From NCBI RefSeq assembly GCF_024502345.1, contig NZ_JALDNN010000001.1: a stretch of DNA of 64,000 nt. The stretch is one strand, 5' to 3'. This DNA is from Escherichia coli (GTDB taxonomy: Bacteria > Pseudomonadota > Gammaproteobacteria > Enterobacterales > Enterobacteriaceae). The notes under the pieces were generated by a model that had not been told where the DNA came from, searched no databases, and worked only from the letters and a program-made list of their open reading frames with translations. Made by a program: the position numbers and the translations under genes. Positions 1-11,447 of this stretch are shown here, one piece after another (position 1 is the first letter of the stretch; each line of letters starts with the position of its first letter).

Positions 1-2
1 AA

Positions 3-1752
<1,750 letters not shown>

Positions 1753-1918
1753 TTTAATATCCCTCCGGCGAATTATGCTCACAACCTGAACTTAACAGAA
1801 AACAATCCGTTCAGGGATACGACGTTTGTATTTTAAGAATCTGACTGCCTGACCCGACGCATTTTACCTCTCCCTATATTCATGCGTCCGGGACATAAAC
1901 ATAAATAAGGGCTATGAG

Positions 1919-3634
1919 ATGAATTCGTTACAAATCTTGAGTTTTGTCGGTTTTACGCTGCTGGTGGCGGTGATCACCTGGTGGAAGGTCCGCAAAACAG
2001 ATACCGGATCGCAACAAGGCTATTTTCTTGCCGGACGTTCACTAAAAGCGCCGGTTATTGCCGCTTCGTTAATGCTAACCAACCTTTCCACGGAACAACT
2101 GGTCGGCCTTTCCGGGCAGGCCTACAAAAGCGGCATGTCGGTGATGGGCTGGGAAGTGACTTCAGCGGTGACGCTGATCTTCCTCGCGCTAATCTTTTTA
2201 CCGCGCTATCTGAAGCGCGGCATTGCCACCATCCCCGATTTTCTGGAGGAACGTTATGATAAAACGACGCGTATTATCATCGACTTCTGCTTCCTCATTG
2301 CCACCGGCGTCTGCTTTCTGCCGATTGTTCTCTACTCCGGCGCGTTGGCGCTCAACAGCCTGTTTCACGTCGGGGAATCGCTACAGATTTCTCACGGTGC
2401 GGCTATCTGGCTACTGGTAATTTTGCTTGGTCTGGCGGGAATTTTGTATGCGGTGATCGGCGGACTGCGCGCAATGGTAGTGGCGGACTCCATCAACGGT
2501 ATTGGGCTGGTTATCGGCGGGTTGATGGTGCCGGTATTTGGCCTGATCGCGATGGGCAAGGGCAGCTTTATGCAGGGCATTGAGCAACTCACCACCGTTC
2601 ACGCCGAGAAATTAAACTCAATCGGTGGCCCGACCGATCCCTTGCCGATTGGCGCGGCATTTACCGGTTTGATTCTGGTGAACACCTTTTACTGGTGTAC
2701 AAATCAGGGCATCGTGCAACGCACGCTGGCGTCAAAAAGCCTGGCGGAAGGGCAAAAGGGGGCGCTGTTAACGGCGGTGCTGAAAATGCTCGACCCGCTG
2801 GTACTGGTGCTGCCAGGGTTGATTGCGTTTCATCTGTATCAGGATTTACCGAAAGCCGACATGGCCTACCCGACGCTGGTCAATAACGTTCTGCCAGTGC
2901 CAATGGTGGGTTTCTTCGGCGCGGTGTTATTTGGTGCGGTGATCAGTACCTTCAACGGCTTTCTGAATAGCGCCAGTACGTTATTCAGTATGGGTATTTA
3001 CCGTCGCATCATTAACCAGAATGCCGAGCCGCAGCAGCTGGTCACCGTCGGGCGCAAATTTGGTTTCTTTATCGCTATCGTTTCGGTGCTGGTCGCGCCG
3101 TGGATCGCCAACGCGCCGCAGGGGCTGTATAGCTGGATGAAACAGCTCAACGGCATTTACAACGTGCCGCTGGTTACCATCATCATTATGGGCTTTTTCT
3201 TCCCGCGCATCCCGGCGCTGGCGGCAAAAGTGGCGATGGGGATTGGCATAATCAGCTACATCACCATCAACTATCTGGTGAAGTTCGACTTCCATTTCCT
3301 CTATGTGCTGGCCTGTACGTTCTGCATCAACGTGGTCGTGATGCTGGTGATCGGTTTTATCAAACCGCGCGCCACGCCGTTCACCTTCAAAGATGCGTTT
3401 GCGGTGGACATGAAACCGTGGAGAAACGTCAAGATCGCGTCAATTGGCATCCTGTTCGCGATGATTGGCGTCTATGCCGGGCTGGCTGAATTCGGCGGCT
3501 ACGGTACGCGCTGGTTAGCGATGATCAGTTATTTCATTGCCGCCGTAGTGATTGTCTACCTGATTTTTGACAGCTGGCGGCATCGTCACGACCCAGCCGT
3601 AACCTTTACTCCCGACGCGAAGGATAGCCTATGA
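1919..3634 (+). CDS. yidK: sodium:solute symporter (SSS) family transporter
   Basis: 571-aa polytopic membrane ORF with an SSS-like pattern; stop overlaps the start of the next gene. Confidence 0.85.
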   Translation: MNSLQILSFVGFTLLVAVITWWKVRKTDTGSQQGYFLAGRSLKAPVIAASLMLTNLSTEQLVGLSGQAYKSGMSVMGWEVTSAVTLIFLALIFLPRYLKRGIATIPDFLEERYDKTTRIIIDFCFLIATGVCFLPIVLYSGALALNSLFHVGESLQISHGAAIWLLVILLGLAGILYAVIGGLRAMVVADSINGIGLVIGGLMVPVFGLIAMGKGSFMQGIEQLTTVHAEKLNSIGGPTDPLPIGAAFTGLILVNTFYWCTNQGIVQRTLASKSLAEGQKGALLTAVLKMLDPLVLVLPGLIAFHLYQDLPKADMAYPTLVNNVLPVPMVGFFGAVLFGAVISTFNGFLNSASTLFSMGIYRRIINQNAEPQQLVTVGRKFGFFIAIVSVLVAPWIANAPQGLYSWMKQLNGIYNVPLVTIIIMGFFFPRIPALAAKVAMGIGIISYITINYLVKFDFHFLYVLACTFCINVVVMLVIGFIKPRATPFTFKDAFAVDMKPWRNVKIASIGILFAMIGVYAGLAEFGGYGTRWLAMISYFIAAVVIVYLIFDSWRHRHDPAVTFTPDAKDSL

Positions 3635-5124
3635 AACGCCCCAATTTTCTGTTCATCATGACCGATACCCAGGCCACCAATATGGTCGGTTGCTATAGCG
3701 GTAAACCGCTGAATACGCAAAATATTGATAGTCTGGCGGCGGAAGGTATTCGCTTTAATTCCGCCTACACCTGTTCACCGGTTTGTACGCCTGCACGCGC
3801 CGGACTATTTACCGGTATCTACGCTAACCAGTCCGGCCCGTGGACCAACAACGTCGCGCCAGGCAAAAACATCTCCACTATGGGGCGCTACTTTAAGGAT
3901 GCCGGCTATCACACCTGTTACATCGGCAAATGGCATCTCGACGGTCATGACTATTTCGGCACTGGCGAGTGTCCGCCGGAGTGGGACGCTGATTACTGGT
4001 TCGATGGGGCGAACTACCTTAGCGAACTGACGGAAAAAGAGATCAGCCTGTGGCGCAATGGCCTAAACAGCGTTGAGGATTTACAGGCGAACCATATCGA
4101 CGGAACCTTCACCTGGGCGCACCGCATCAGCAATCGGGCGGTAGATTTTCTGCAACAGCCCGCGCGCGCCGAGGAACCCTTCCTGATGGTGGTTTCGTAT
4201 GATGAGCCGCATCACCCGTTCACCTGTCCGGTGGAGTATTTAGAGAAATACGCTGATTTTTACTACGAGCTGGGCGAGAAAGCACAGGATGACCTGGCTA
4301 ACAAACCGGAACATCACCGCTTATGGGCGCAGGCGATGCCATCGCCAGTCGGTGATGGCGGGCTTTATCACCATCCGCTCTATTTTGCCTGCAATGACTT
4401 TGTTGATGACCAAATCGGACGGGTCATCAATGCCTTAACGCCAGAGCAACGTGAAAATACGTGGGTTATTTATACATCCGATCACGGCGAAATGATGGGC
4501 GCACATAAGCTGATCAGTAAAGGAGCGGCGATGTATGACGACATCACCCGCATTCCGCTGATCATCCGTTCGCCGCAAGGGGAGCGGCGACAGGTCGATA
4601 CGCCAGTCAGTCATATCGATTTACTGCCGACAATGATGGCGCTGGCAGATATTGAAAAACCAGAGATTCTGCCGGGGGAAAATATCCTTGCCGTGAAAGA
4701 GCCACGCGGCGTGATGGTGGAATTTAACCGCTACGAGATTGAGCATGACAGCTTTGGCGGTTTTATTCCGGTGCGTTGCTGGGTGACGGATGACTTTAAA
4801 CTGGTACTCAACCTCTTCACCAGTGATGAACTTTACGATCGCCGTAATGACCCAAATGAAATGCATAACCTGATCGATGATATCCGTTTTGCAGACGTTC
4901 GCAGCAAAATGCATGACGCCTTATTGGATTACATGGACAAAATTCGCGATCCGTTCCGCAGTTACCAATGGAGTCTGCGTCCGTGGCGTAAAGATGCACG
5001 GCCGCGCTGGATGGGGGCGTTTCGTCCACGCCCACAAGATGGCTATTCGCCAGTGGTACGCGACTATGACACCGGCCTACCGACGCAAGGAGTGAAGGTG
5101 GAGGAGAAAAAACAGAAATTCTGA
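3631..5124 (+). CDS. yidJ: sulfatase (Cys-type, CTPAR active-site motif)
   Basis: The translation contains the sulfatase signature C-T-P-A-R-A-G-L-F-T-G and metal-binding DHG residues; 497 aa. Confidence 0.85.
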   Translation: MKRPNFLFIMTDTQATNMVGCYSGKPLNTQNIDSLAAEGIRFNSAYTCSPVCTPARAGLFTGIYANQSGPWTNNVAPGKNISTMGRYFKDAGYHTCYIGKWHLDGHDYFGTGECPPEWDADYWFDGANYLSELTEKEISLWRNGLNSVEDLQANHIDGTFTWAHRISNRAVDFLQQPARAEEPFLMVVSYDEPHHPFTCPVEYLEKYADFYYELGEKAQDDLANKPEHHRLWAQAMPSPVGDGGLYHHPLYFACNDFVDDQIGRVINALTPEQRENTWVIYTSDHGEMMGAHKLISKGAAMYDDITRIPLIIRSPQGERRQVDTPVSHIDLLPTMMALADIEKPEILPGENILAVKEPRGVMVEFNRYEIEHDSFGGFIPVRCWVTDDFKLVLNLFTSDELYDRRNDPNEMHNLIDDIRFADVRSKMHDALLDYMDKIRDPFRSYQWSLRPWRKDARPRWMGAFRPRPQDGYSPVVRDYDTGLPTQGVKVEEKKQKF

Positions 5125-5170
5125 CGATAATGCCCGCTGATGATCACCCGGCGGGCATTATTCAGGCTGC

Positions 5171-5620
5171 TTAAACCAGCGAACCGCCGGTCAGGAAGGA
5201 AAAAATCAGGAATATCAGCAAAATGCTGCACACGATGCCGATACCAAAAAGCAAGGTATGAAAAGCCAGCGTCCCGCCGCCAAAAACCAGCGCGCCGCGA
5301 ATGCCCCAGCGATTTTCCTTACGCATACCGCCAATAAATGCGCAAAGTAGCGCAGCAATGGCCAGTGCGATACCGCTTTGATCGAGGATTTTATCGATAT
5401 CCATGTCCTCTTTTTTCTCCACAGTGGTAATTTTTTCGCCTTTTATTCCGGCGAGAAGACCTCTTTTAATTTCAGCCGTTTTGTCCGCCACGATGCTTTC
5501 AAGCGTTGGCGGTGGTGCGGAAAAAGGGCCGAATGAAAAGTGGATAATCCCCATCATTAAAGCGATGGCACCGAACAGCATGCCCAATGAACTGATTTTA
5601 TTTTGCGCTATGATACCCAT
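5171..5620 (-). CDS. yidI: inner membrane protein
   Basis: 149-aa hydrophobic ORF in the conserved position. Confidence 0.75.
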   Translation of the reverse strand: MGIIAQNKISSLGMLFGAIALMMGIIHFSFGPFSAPPPTLESIVADKTAEIKRGLLAGIKGEKITTVEKKEDMDIDKILDQSGIALAIAALLCAFIGGMRKENRWGIRGALVFGGGTLAFHTLLFGIGIVCSILLIFLIFSFLTGGSLV

Positions 5621-5728
5621 CTGACCTCCTTGTAGCGGATGGCAAAAGCATATCAGGAAACGGGCGGACGAAATTCTTAAAAAAAACCGCTAAAGATAGA
5701 GCGTTAGTGAAATTGCAAAGGAGCAACA

Positions 5729-6076
5729 ATGAAAATTTCCCGCCTTGGAGAAGCGCCCGATTACCGCTTCTCGCTGGCTAATGAGCGTACTTTTCTGGCG
5801 TGGATCCGTACCGCACTAGGATTTCTGGCGGCGGGGGTTGGGCTTGATCAACTTGCGCCAGATTTCGCCACGCCCGTCATTCGTGAACTGCTGGCGTTGT
5901 TGTTGTGTCTGTTTTCCGGCGGGTTAGCAATGTATGGCTACCTGCGCTGGTTACGCAATGAAAAAGCGATGCGTCTGAAAGAGGACCTGCCCTACACCAA
6001 CAGCTTATTAATCATTAGCTTAATATTGATGGTCGTGGCGGTGATCGTTATGGGACTGGTGTTGTATGCCGGATAG
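5729..6076 (+). CDS. yidH: DUF202-type small inner membrane protein
   Basis: 115-aa membrane ORF; overlaps the next gene by 11 bp. Confidence 0.75.
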   Translation: MKISRLGEAPDYRFSLANERTFLAWIRTALGFLAAGVGLDQLAPDFATPVIRELLALLLCLFSGGLAMYGYLRWLRNEKAMRLKEDLPYTNSLLIISLILMVVAVIVMGLVLYAG

Positions 6077-6428
6077 CCGCAAAGCCAGACGCATTGCCGA
6101 CCCAGGACTGCAGCCGGAGCGCACATCACTGGCGTGGTTTCGTACCATGCTGGGCTACGGCGCGTTGATGGCGTTGGCTATCAAACACAACTGGCACCAG
6201 GCGGGCATGTTATTCTGGATTTCGATTGGCATTCTCGCCATCGTGGCGCTGATCCTCTGGCACTACACCCGTAATCGCAATTTAATGGATGTCACGAATA
6301 GCGATTTTTCCCAATTTCACGTAGTCCGTGACAAATTTTTGATCTCCCTCGCGGTGTTATCTCTCGCAATACTGTTTGCTGTAACGCATATACATCAACT
6401 TATCGTATTTATTGAGAGAGTCGCATGA
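6066..6428 (+). CDS. yidG: small inner membrane protein
   Basis: 120-aa membrane ORF, apparently translationally coupled to yidH and yidF. Confidence 0.75.
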   Translation: MPDSRKARRIADPGLQPERTSLAWFRTMLGYGALMALAIKHNWHQAGMLFWISIGILAIVALILWHYTRNRNLMDVTNSDFSQFHVVRDKFLISLAVLSLAILFAVTHIHQLIVFIERVA

Positions 6429-6922
6429 CAGGAAGTCAGGTCATTGATGCTGAAGAGGACAGGCATAAACTGGTTGTAGAGTACAAGGATGCTCTGCAAC
6501 CTGCCGATTTTTATCACAATTTCAAACAGCGGGGCATCCGCTCCGTACAGCTCATTCCCTATCTTGAATTTGATGACCGGGGCGATCTGACGGCCGCTTC
6601 GGTGACAGCAGAGCTGTGGGGGAAATTTTTAATTGCCCTGTTCGAGTGTTGGGTGCGGGCAGATATCAGTCGTATCTCGATTGAGCTTTTTGACGCCACC
6701 TTACAAAAATGGTGTGGCAGCGAAAACCCGCAACCGCGCCGTGACTGCCAGGCGTGCGACTGGCATCGCCTGTGCCCGCACGCTCGGCAGGAGACGCCAG
6801 ACAGCGTGCTTTGTGCGGGCTATCAGGCGTTTTATTCTTACTCCGCACCGCATATGCGGGTGATGCGTGATCTGATAAAGCAGCATCGTTCTCCCATGGA
6901 GCTGATGACGATGCTGCGGTGA
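6425..6922 (+). CDS. yidF: Cys-rich C-terminal (SPASM-like) fragment of an anaerobic sulfatase-maturase-like protein
   Basis: 165-aa ORF with the cysteine cluster CQACDWHRLCP but no CxxxCxxC radical-SAM motif. Confidence 0.7.
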   Translation: MTGSQVIDAEEDRHKLVVEYKDALQPADFYHNFKQRGIRSVQLIPYLEFDDRGDLTAASVTAELWGKFLIALFECWVRADISRISIELFDATLQKWCGSENPQPRRDCQACDWHRLCPHARQETPDSVLCAGYQAFYSYSAPHMRVMRDLIKQHRSPMELMTMLR

Positions 6923-6929
6923 CGTGCGC

Positions 6930-8114
6930 TTAAACGGGCTGCCCCTGATGCGACATCCGCGTCGCCAGCGGCAGCCAGCACAGCACGATCAACAATCCCA
7001 TTAAGGTCATCAATAACCCCAGGCTACCCTGACCGGTTTGCGGCAACATCGCAGAGAGCGACGCCAGCACGCCGGAACCAATGTTTTGCAGACCGCCGAC
7101 CAGCGCGCCAGCCGTGCCCGCCAGGAAGGGGAACGGCTCCATCGCGCCGCTGGTCGCCAGCGGAAACAGCATCCCGGCACCGAAAAAGAACAGCGCGGCG
7201 GGAACGAGCAGCGTCCAGACATTCATCACGCCAAACCAGTCGGGGATCCACATCAGCAAGCCAGCCAGCAGGCAGCAGATAACCGACTGCCACATTAACG
7301 TGGAGAAGCGTTTATTGGGACGTCCGGCAAACCATGCGCCAAAAAACGCTGCCGGAATCGGCAGAATAAACAAAATACTGACCGTCATACTGCTCAGCCC
7401 TAACACCGCGCCCATCAGCACGCCGGAGCAGGCTTCAAAGGCGGCAATCCCGGCCAGACCGCCAATCAGCATCAGCAAATAACAGTTAAAACCGCTGTTA
7501 CCGAAAAGCGTTTTATAACTGGTAAGCAGGCGCGTGCGCGGTGCATCGACAGGACGCGTTTCCGGCATCCAGCGGGCCATACTGAAGGTCACACCAGCAC
7601 AAAGAACCAACAAAAAGAGATAACAGGCGCGCCAGTTCCACATCGTATCCAGCAGACCGCCGATTAGCGGTGCGAGCAACGGACTGACGAGAATCCCCAT
7701 GTTTAACAGGCTGTTAGCATGGCGCAACTGTGTCCGTTCATATAAATCTCGCGGCAAAGTACGCGCCATTACGCCGCCAACGCCGGTGCCCATCCCCTGC
7801 ATCGCGCTGGCGGCAATCAACACCGTCAAACTGGAGGTCGTGACCGCGACCAGCGTTGCCAGCATAAAAATGGACATTCCGACGAGGATCACCGGTCGGC
7901 GACCCACACGGTCGGAAATCGGGCCATAAAACAGCTGTGAGACACCGTAAGTCAGCAGATAAGCGCCCATTACGCTCTGCACCGCCCCTTCACGGACGTT
8001 GAGATCGCGCGCCATATCGGCAATAGCTGGAATATAAATGGTTTGCGCCATCTGACCGACGGCCACGAGTAATACCAACATCAATAACAAATTGACGTTT
8101 CTATGCCTTTTCAT
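6930..8114 (-). CDS. emrD: MFS multidrug efflux transporter
   Basis: 394-aa 12-TM MFS protein; start trimmed to MKRH. Confidence 0.9.
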   Translation of the reverse strand: MKRHRNVNLLLMLVLLVAVGQMAQTIYIPAIADMARDLNVREGAVQSVMGAYLLTYGVSQLFYGPISDRVGRRPVILVGMSIFMLATLVAVTTSSLTVLIAASAMQGMGTGVGGVMARTLPRDLYERTQLRHANSLLNMGILVSPLLAPLIGGLLDTMWNWRACYLFLLVLCAGVTFSMARWMPETRPVDAPRTRLLTSYKTLFGNSGFNCYLLMLIGGLAGIAAFEACSGVLMGAVLGLSSMTVSILFILPIPAAFFGAWFAGRPNKRFSTLMWQSVICCLLAGLLMWIPDWFGVMNVWTLLVPAALFFFGAGMLFPLATSGAMEPFPFLAGTAGALVGGLQNIGSGVLASLSAMLPQTGQGSLGLLMTLMGLLIVLCWLPLATRMSHQGQPV

Positions 8115-8304
8115 TATCACGGATGCTTTTATAAAAATAATTAGAATAAGTCACTACGCATTCCCATAAATGCGGGAGAGGAATCTATCACATTGATGAA
8201 TGCTAGCCAGATATGTGCCGGGAATGGCGAAAAGCAAAACGGCAGAATATGTAAACAAAAGCGGCAATAAATGTTGCCGGAAGGGATTACGTGCGAACTG
8301 TAAC

Positions 8305-8417
8305 CCTCTCCCTGAAAGGGCGAGGGGGAAACCACCGTTCCCTTTCAGAAAATGAGCTAAACATTGCACGGGACGGTCCCCTCGCCCCTTTGGGGAGAGG
8401 GCTAGGGTGAGGGGCAC
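8305..8417. repeat. REP/BIME-like palindromic repeat cluster
   Basis: CCCTCTCCC..GGGCGAGGGGG at 8305-8329 is the reverse complement of CCCCTCGCCC..GGGAGAGGG at 8378-8400. The spurious ORFs 8154..8468 and 8287..8475 are artefacts of this repeat. Confidence 0.6.
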
Positions 8418-8532
8418 AGGCAGCGCAGGTGCAAACATTCTGCTGGTAGAAGAAGCCCCCAACTCCAACCCGCACGCTAAATATAAAAGGGGAGCGGTTA
8501 CCCGCTCCCCTTTGGTGCGACTTGAATCTGAA

Positions 8533-8622
8533 TTACTTCAGGTATTTCAGAACAGCATCAAGCAGTTGCAGTGCTGCAACAATGAGTTTGAGGATAAGAA
8601 TGGCGATATCCACCAGGCTCAT
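8533..8622 (-). CDS. tisB: SOS-induced type I toxin TisB (29 aa)
   Basis: The reverse complement translates to MSLVDIAILILKLIVAALQLLDAVLKYLK followed by a stop. It is below the 60-aa cut-off of the ORF track. Confidence 0.9.
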   Translation of the reverse strand: MSLVDIAILILKLIVAALQLLDAVLKYLK

Positions 8623-8858
8623 ACGCGTCTCCTGTGGTTCAGGAGCACTGCCAGCTGACGTACCTTTCCGCTGCCTGTTGCCAGCTGTTGTGCACGCGGT
8701 ATCTCAAGGAGAAACGTTGTGCTTGTTGACATAACACAGTGTGCTCACGCGGGGTTAAGGCGCTGACGGCACCACCCGTTTCAGCCAGGACTTAGTGCGC
8801 CGGGTAACGATGCGGCCCCCGCATAACACATTGCGTACAGTGATATTATAGAAGTTTG

Positions 8859-8874
8859 CTGTATAAATAAACAG
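8859..8874. promoter_or_regulatory. LexA box (CTGT-N8-ACAG) in the tisAB/istR control region
   Basis: CTGTATAAATAAACAG; on the minus strand it overlaps a TATACA -10 element that is 17 bp downstream of a TTGTCC -35-like hexamer. Confidence 0.7.
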
Positions 8875-8975
8875 TAATTTTTGGACAAAACGCAAACTGT
8901 GATCGATACTCAACTATGTACTAAATACGTCAAAATTCGTGCCGAAATTGCGCGTTCTGCGCGGAACAGGTATAC

Positions 8976-9057
8976 TTTCAGTGTTGACATAATACAGTGT
9001 GCTTTGCGGTTACCAGCCGCAGGCGGCTGACGAAACCTCGCTCCGGCGGGGTTTTTT
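8976..9057 (+). ncRNA. istR: IstR-1-like antitoxin sRNA (approximate ends)
   Basis: A TATACT -10 at 8962-8967 is followed by a ~75-nt segment ending in a hairpin and U-tract (9036-9057). The segment carries a 21/22-nt match (GTTGACATAAYACAGTGTGCT) to sequence inside the tisAB 5-prime UTR at 8733-8754, so the two transcripts would be complementary. Confidence 0.55.
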
Positions 9058-9186
9058 GTTACCTGCAATTCAGTGCAAAACGTGATCAACCCCTCAATTT
9101 TCCCTTGCTGAAAAATTTTCCATTGTCTCCCCTGTAAAGCTGTGCTTGTATAAATATTGTTAAACACAAAACCAACAAGGTCCCCA

Positions 9187-9285
9187 ATGACTACTTCCAT
9201 GTTCAACGCAAAACTACTACCAACTGCGCCATCCGCCGCAGTGGTCGTCGTGCGTGTGGTGGTGGTCGTCGGCAATGCGCCGTAG
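9187..9285 (+). CDS. ivbL: ilvB operon leader peptide (32 aa, Val/Leu-rich)
   Basis: Translates to MTTSMFNAKLLPTAPSAAVVVVRVVVVVGNAP; an attenuator hairpin follows. Confidence 0.9.
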   Translation: MTTSMFNAKLLPTAPSAAVVVVRVVVVVGNAP

Positions 9286-9311
9286 GGACTGGAACAACAC
9301 ACGATTCCAAA

Positions 9312-9343
9312 ACCCCGCCGGCGCAAACCGGGCGGGGTTTTTC
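9312..9343 (+). terminator. ilvB attenuator (rho-independent terminator)
   Basis: CCCCGCCGG..CCGGGCGGGG stem followed by a T-tract, between ivbL and ilvB. Confidence 0.8.
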
Positions 9344-9390
9344 GTTTAAGCACCTCCCGGAAAGTCGGCCCAGAAGAAAAGGACTGGAGC

Positions 9391-11079
9391 ATGGCAAGTT
9401 CGGGCACAACATCGACGCGTAAGCGCTTTACCGGCGCAGAATTTATCGTTCATTTCCTGGAACAGCAGGGCATTAAGATTGTGACGGGCATTCCGGGCGG
9501 TTCTATCCTGCCTGTTTACGATGCCTTAAGCCAAAGCACGCAAATCCGCCATATTCTGGCCCGTCATGAACAGGGCGCGGGATTTATCGCTCAGGGGATG
9601 GCGCGCACCGACGGTAAACCGGCGGTCTGTATGGCCTGTAGCGGACCGGGTGCGACTAACCTGGTGACCGCCATTGCCGATGCGCGGCTGGACTCCATCC
9701 CGCTGATTTGCATCACCGGTCAGGTTCCCGCCTCGATGATCGGCACCGACGCCTTCCAGGAAGTGGACACCTACGGCATCTCTATCCCCATCACCAAACA
9801 CAACTATCTGGTCAGACATATCGAAGAACTCCCGCAGGTCATGAGCGATGCCTTCCGCATTGCGCAATCAGGCCGCCCAGGCCCGGTGTGGATAGACATT
9901 CCTAAGGATGTGCAAACGGCAGTTTTTGAGATTGAAACACAGCCCGCTATGGCAGAAAAAGCCGCCGCCCCCGCCTTTAGCGAAGAAAGCATTCGTGACG
10001 CAGCGGCGATGATTAACGCTGCCAAACGCCCGGTGCTTTATCTGGGCGGCGGTGTGATCAATGCGCCCGCACGGGTGCGTGAACTGGCGGAGAAAGCGCA
10101 ACTGCCTACCACCATGACTTTAATGGCGCTGGGCATGTTGCCAAAAGCGCATCCGTTGTCGCTGGGTATGCTGGGGATGCACGGCGTGCGCAGCACCAAC
10201 TATATTTTGCAGGAGGCGGATTTGTTGATAGTGCTCGGTGCGCGTTTTGATGACCGGGCGATTGGCAAAACCGAGCAGTTCTGTCCGAATGCCAAAATTA
10301 TTCATGTCGATATCGATCGCGCAGAGCTGGGTAAAATCAAGCAGCCGCATGTGGCGATTCAGGCTGATGTTGATGACGTGCTGGCGCAATTGATCCCGCA
10401 GGTGGAAGCGCAACCGCGTGCAGAGTGGCACCAGTTGGTAGCGGATTTGCAGCGCGAATTCCCGTGTCCAATCCCGAAAGCGTGCGATCCATTAAGCCAT
10501 TACGGCCTGATCAACGCCGTTGCCGCCTGTGTCGATGACAATGCGATTATCACCACCGATGTGGGTCAGCATCAGATGTGGACCGCGCAAGCTTATCCGC
10601 TCAATCGCCCACGCCAGTGGCTGACCTCCGGTGGGCTGGGCACGATGGGTTTTGGCCTGCCTGCGGCGATTGGCGCGGCGCTGGCGAACCCGGATCGCAA
10701 AGTGTTGTGTTTCTCCGGCGACGGCAGCCTGATGATGAATATTCAGGAGATGGCGACCGCCAGTGAAAATCAGCTGGATGTCAAAATCATTCTGATGAAC
10801 AACGAAGCGCTGGGGCTGGTGCATCAGCAACAGAGTCTGTTCTACGAGCAAGGCGTTTTTGCCGCCACCTATCCGGGCAAAATCAACTTTATGCAGATTG
10901 CCGCCGGATTCGGCCTCGAAACCTGTGATTTGAATAACGAAGCCGATCCGCAGGCTGCATTGCAGGAAATCATCAATCGCCCTGGCCCGGCGCTGATCCA
11001 TGTGCGCATTGATGCCGAAGAAAAAGTTTACCCGATGGTGCCGCCAGGTGCGGCGAATACTGAAATGGTGGGGGAATAA
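9391..11079 (+). CDS. ilvB: acetolactate synthase I, large subunit
   Basis: 562-aa ThDP enzyme with the GDGS..N motif region; conserved position. Confidence 0.95.
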   Translation: MASSGTTSTRKRFTGAEFIVHFLEQQGIKIVTGIPGGSILPVYDALSQSTQIRHILARHEQGAGFIAQGMARTDGKPAVCMACSGPGATNLVTAIADARLDSIPLICITGQVPASMIGTDAFQEVDTYGISIPITKHNYLVRHIEELPQVMSDAFRIAQSGRPGPVWIDIPKDVQTAVFEIETQPAMAEKAAAPAFSEESIRDAAAMINAAKRPVLYLGGGVINAPARVRELAEKAQLPTTMTLMALGMLPKAHPLSLGMLGMHGVRSTNYILQEADLLIVLGARFDDRAIGKTEQFCPNAKIIHVDIDRAELGKIKQPHVAIQADVDDVLAQLIPQVEAQPRAEWHQLVADLQREFPCPIPKACDPLSHYGLINAVAACVDDNAIITTDVGQHQMWTAQAYPLNRPRQWLTSGGLGTMGFGLPAAIGAALANPDRKVLCFSGDGSLMMNIQEMATASENQLDVKIILMNNEALGLVHQQQSLFYEQGVFAATYPGKINFMQIAAGFGLETCDLNNEADPQAALQEIINRPGPALIHVRIDAEEKVYPMVPPGAANTEMVGE

Positions 11080-11082
11080 GCC

Positions 11083-11373
11083 ATGCAAAACACAACTCAT
11101 AACAACGTAATTCTGGAGCTCACCGTTCGCAACCATCCGGGCGTAATGACCCACGTTTGTGGCCTTTTTGCCCGCCGCGCTTTTAACGTTGAAGGCATTC
11201 TTTGTCTGCCGATTCAGGACAGCGACAAAAGCCATATCTGGCTACTGGTCAATGACGACCAGCGTCTGGAGCAGATGATAAGCCAAATCGATAAGCTGGA
11301 AGATGTCGTGAAAGTGCAGCGTAATCAGTCCGATCCGACGATGTTTAACAAGATCGCGGTGTTTTTTCAGTAA
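11083..11373 (+). CDS. ilvN: acetolactate synthase I, small (regulatory) subunit
   Basis: 96-aa ACT-domain protein starting 4 bp after ilvB. Confidence 0.95.
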
Positions 11374-11447
11374 CCGCTCAAGGCTTGAACAACATCGCGC
11401 TTATCGTTAAGGTAAGCGCGTTTTTTTTTACCCGCCAGGACAAGACC

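Noticed and set aside
8154-8475. ORFs of 104 and 62 aa in the emrD-tisB spacer
   Set aside because: They are created by the GC-rich REP-like palindromes and have no start-site context; the real small gene here is tisB on the minus strand at 8533-8622.
10492-11235. A 247-aa minus-strand ORF
   Set aside because: It is antisense to ilvB and to the ilvB-ilvN junction, and has arginine-rich, non-protein-like composition.
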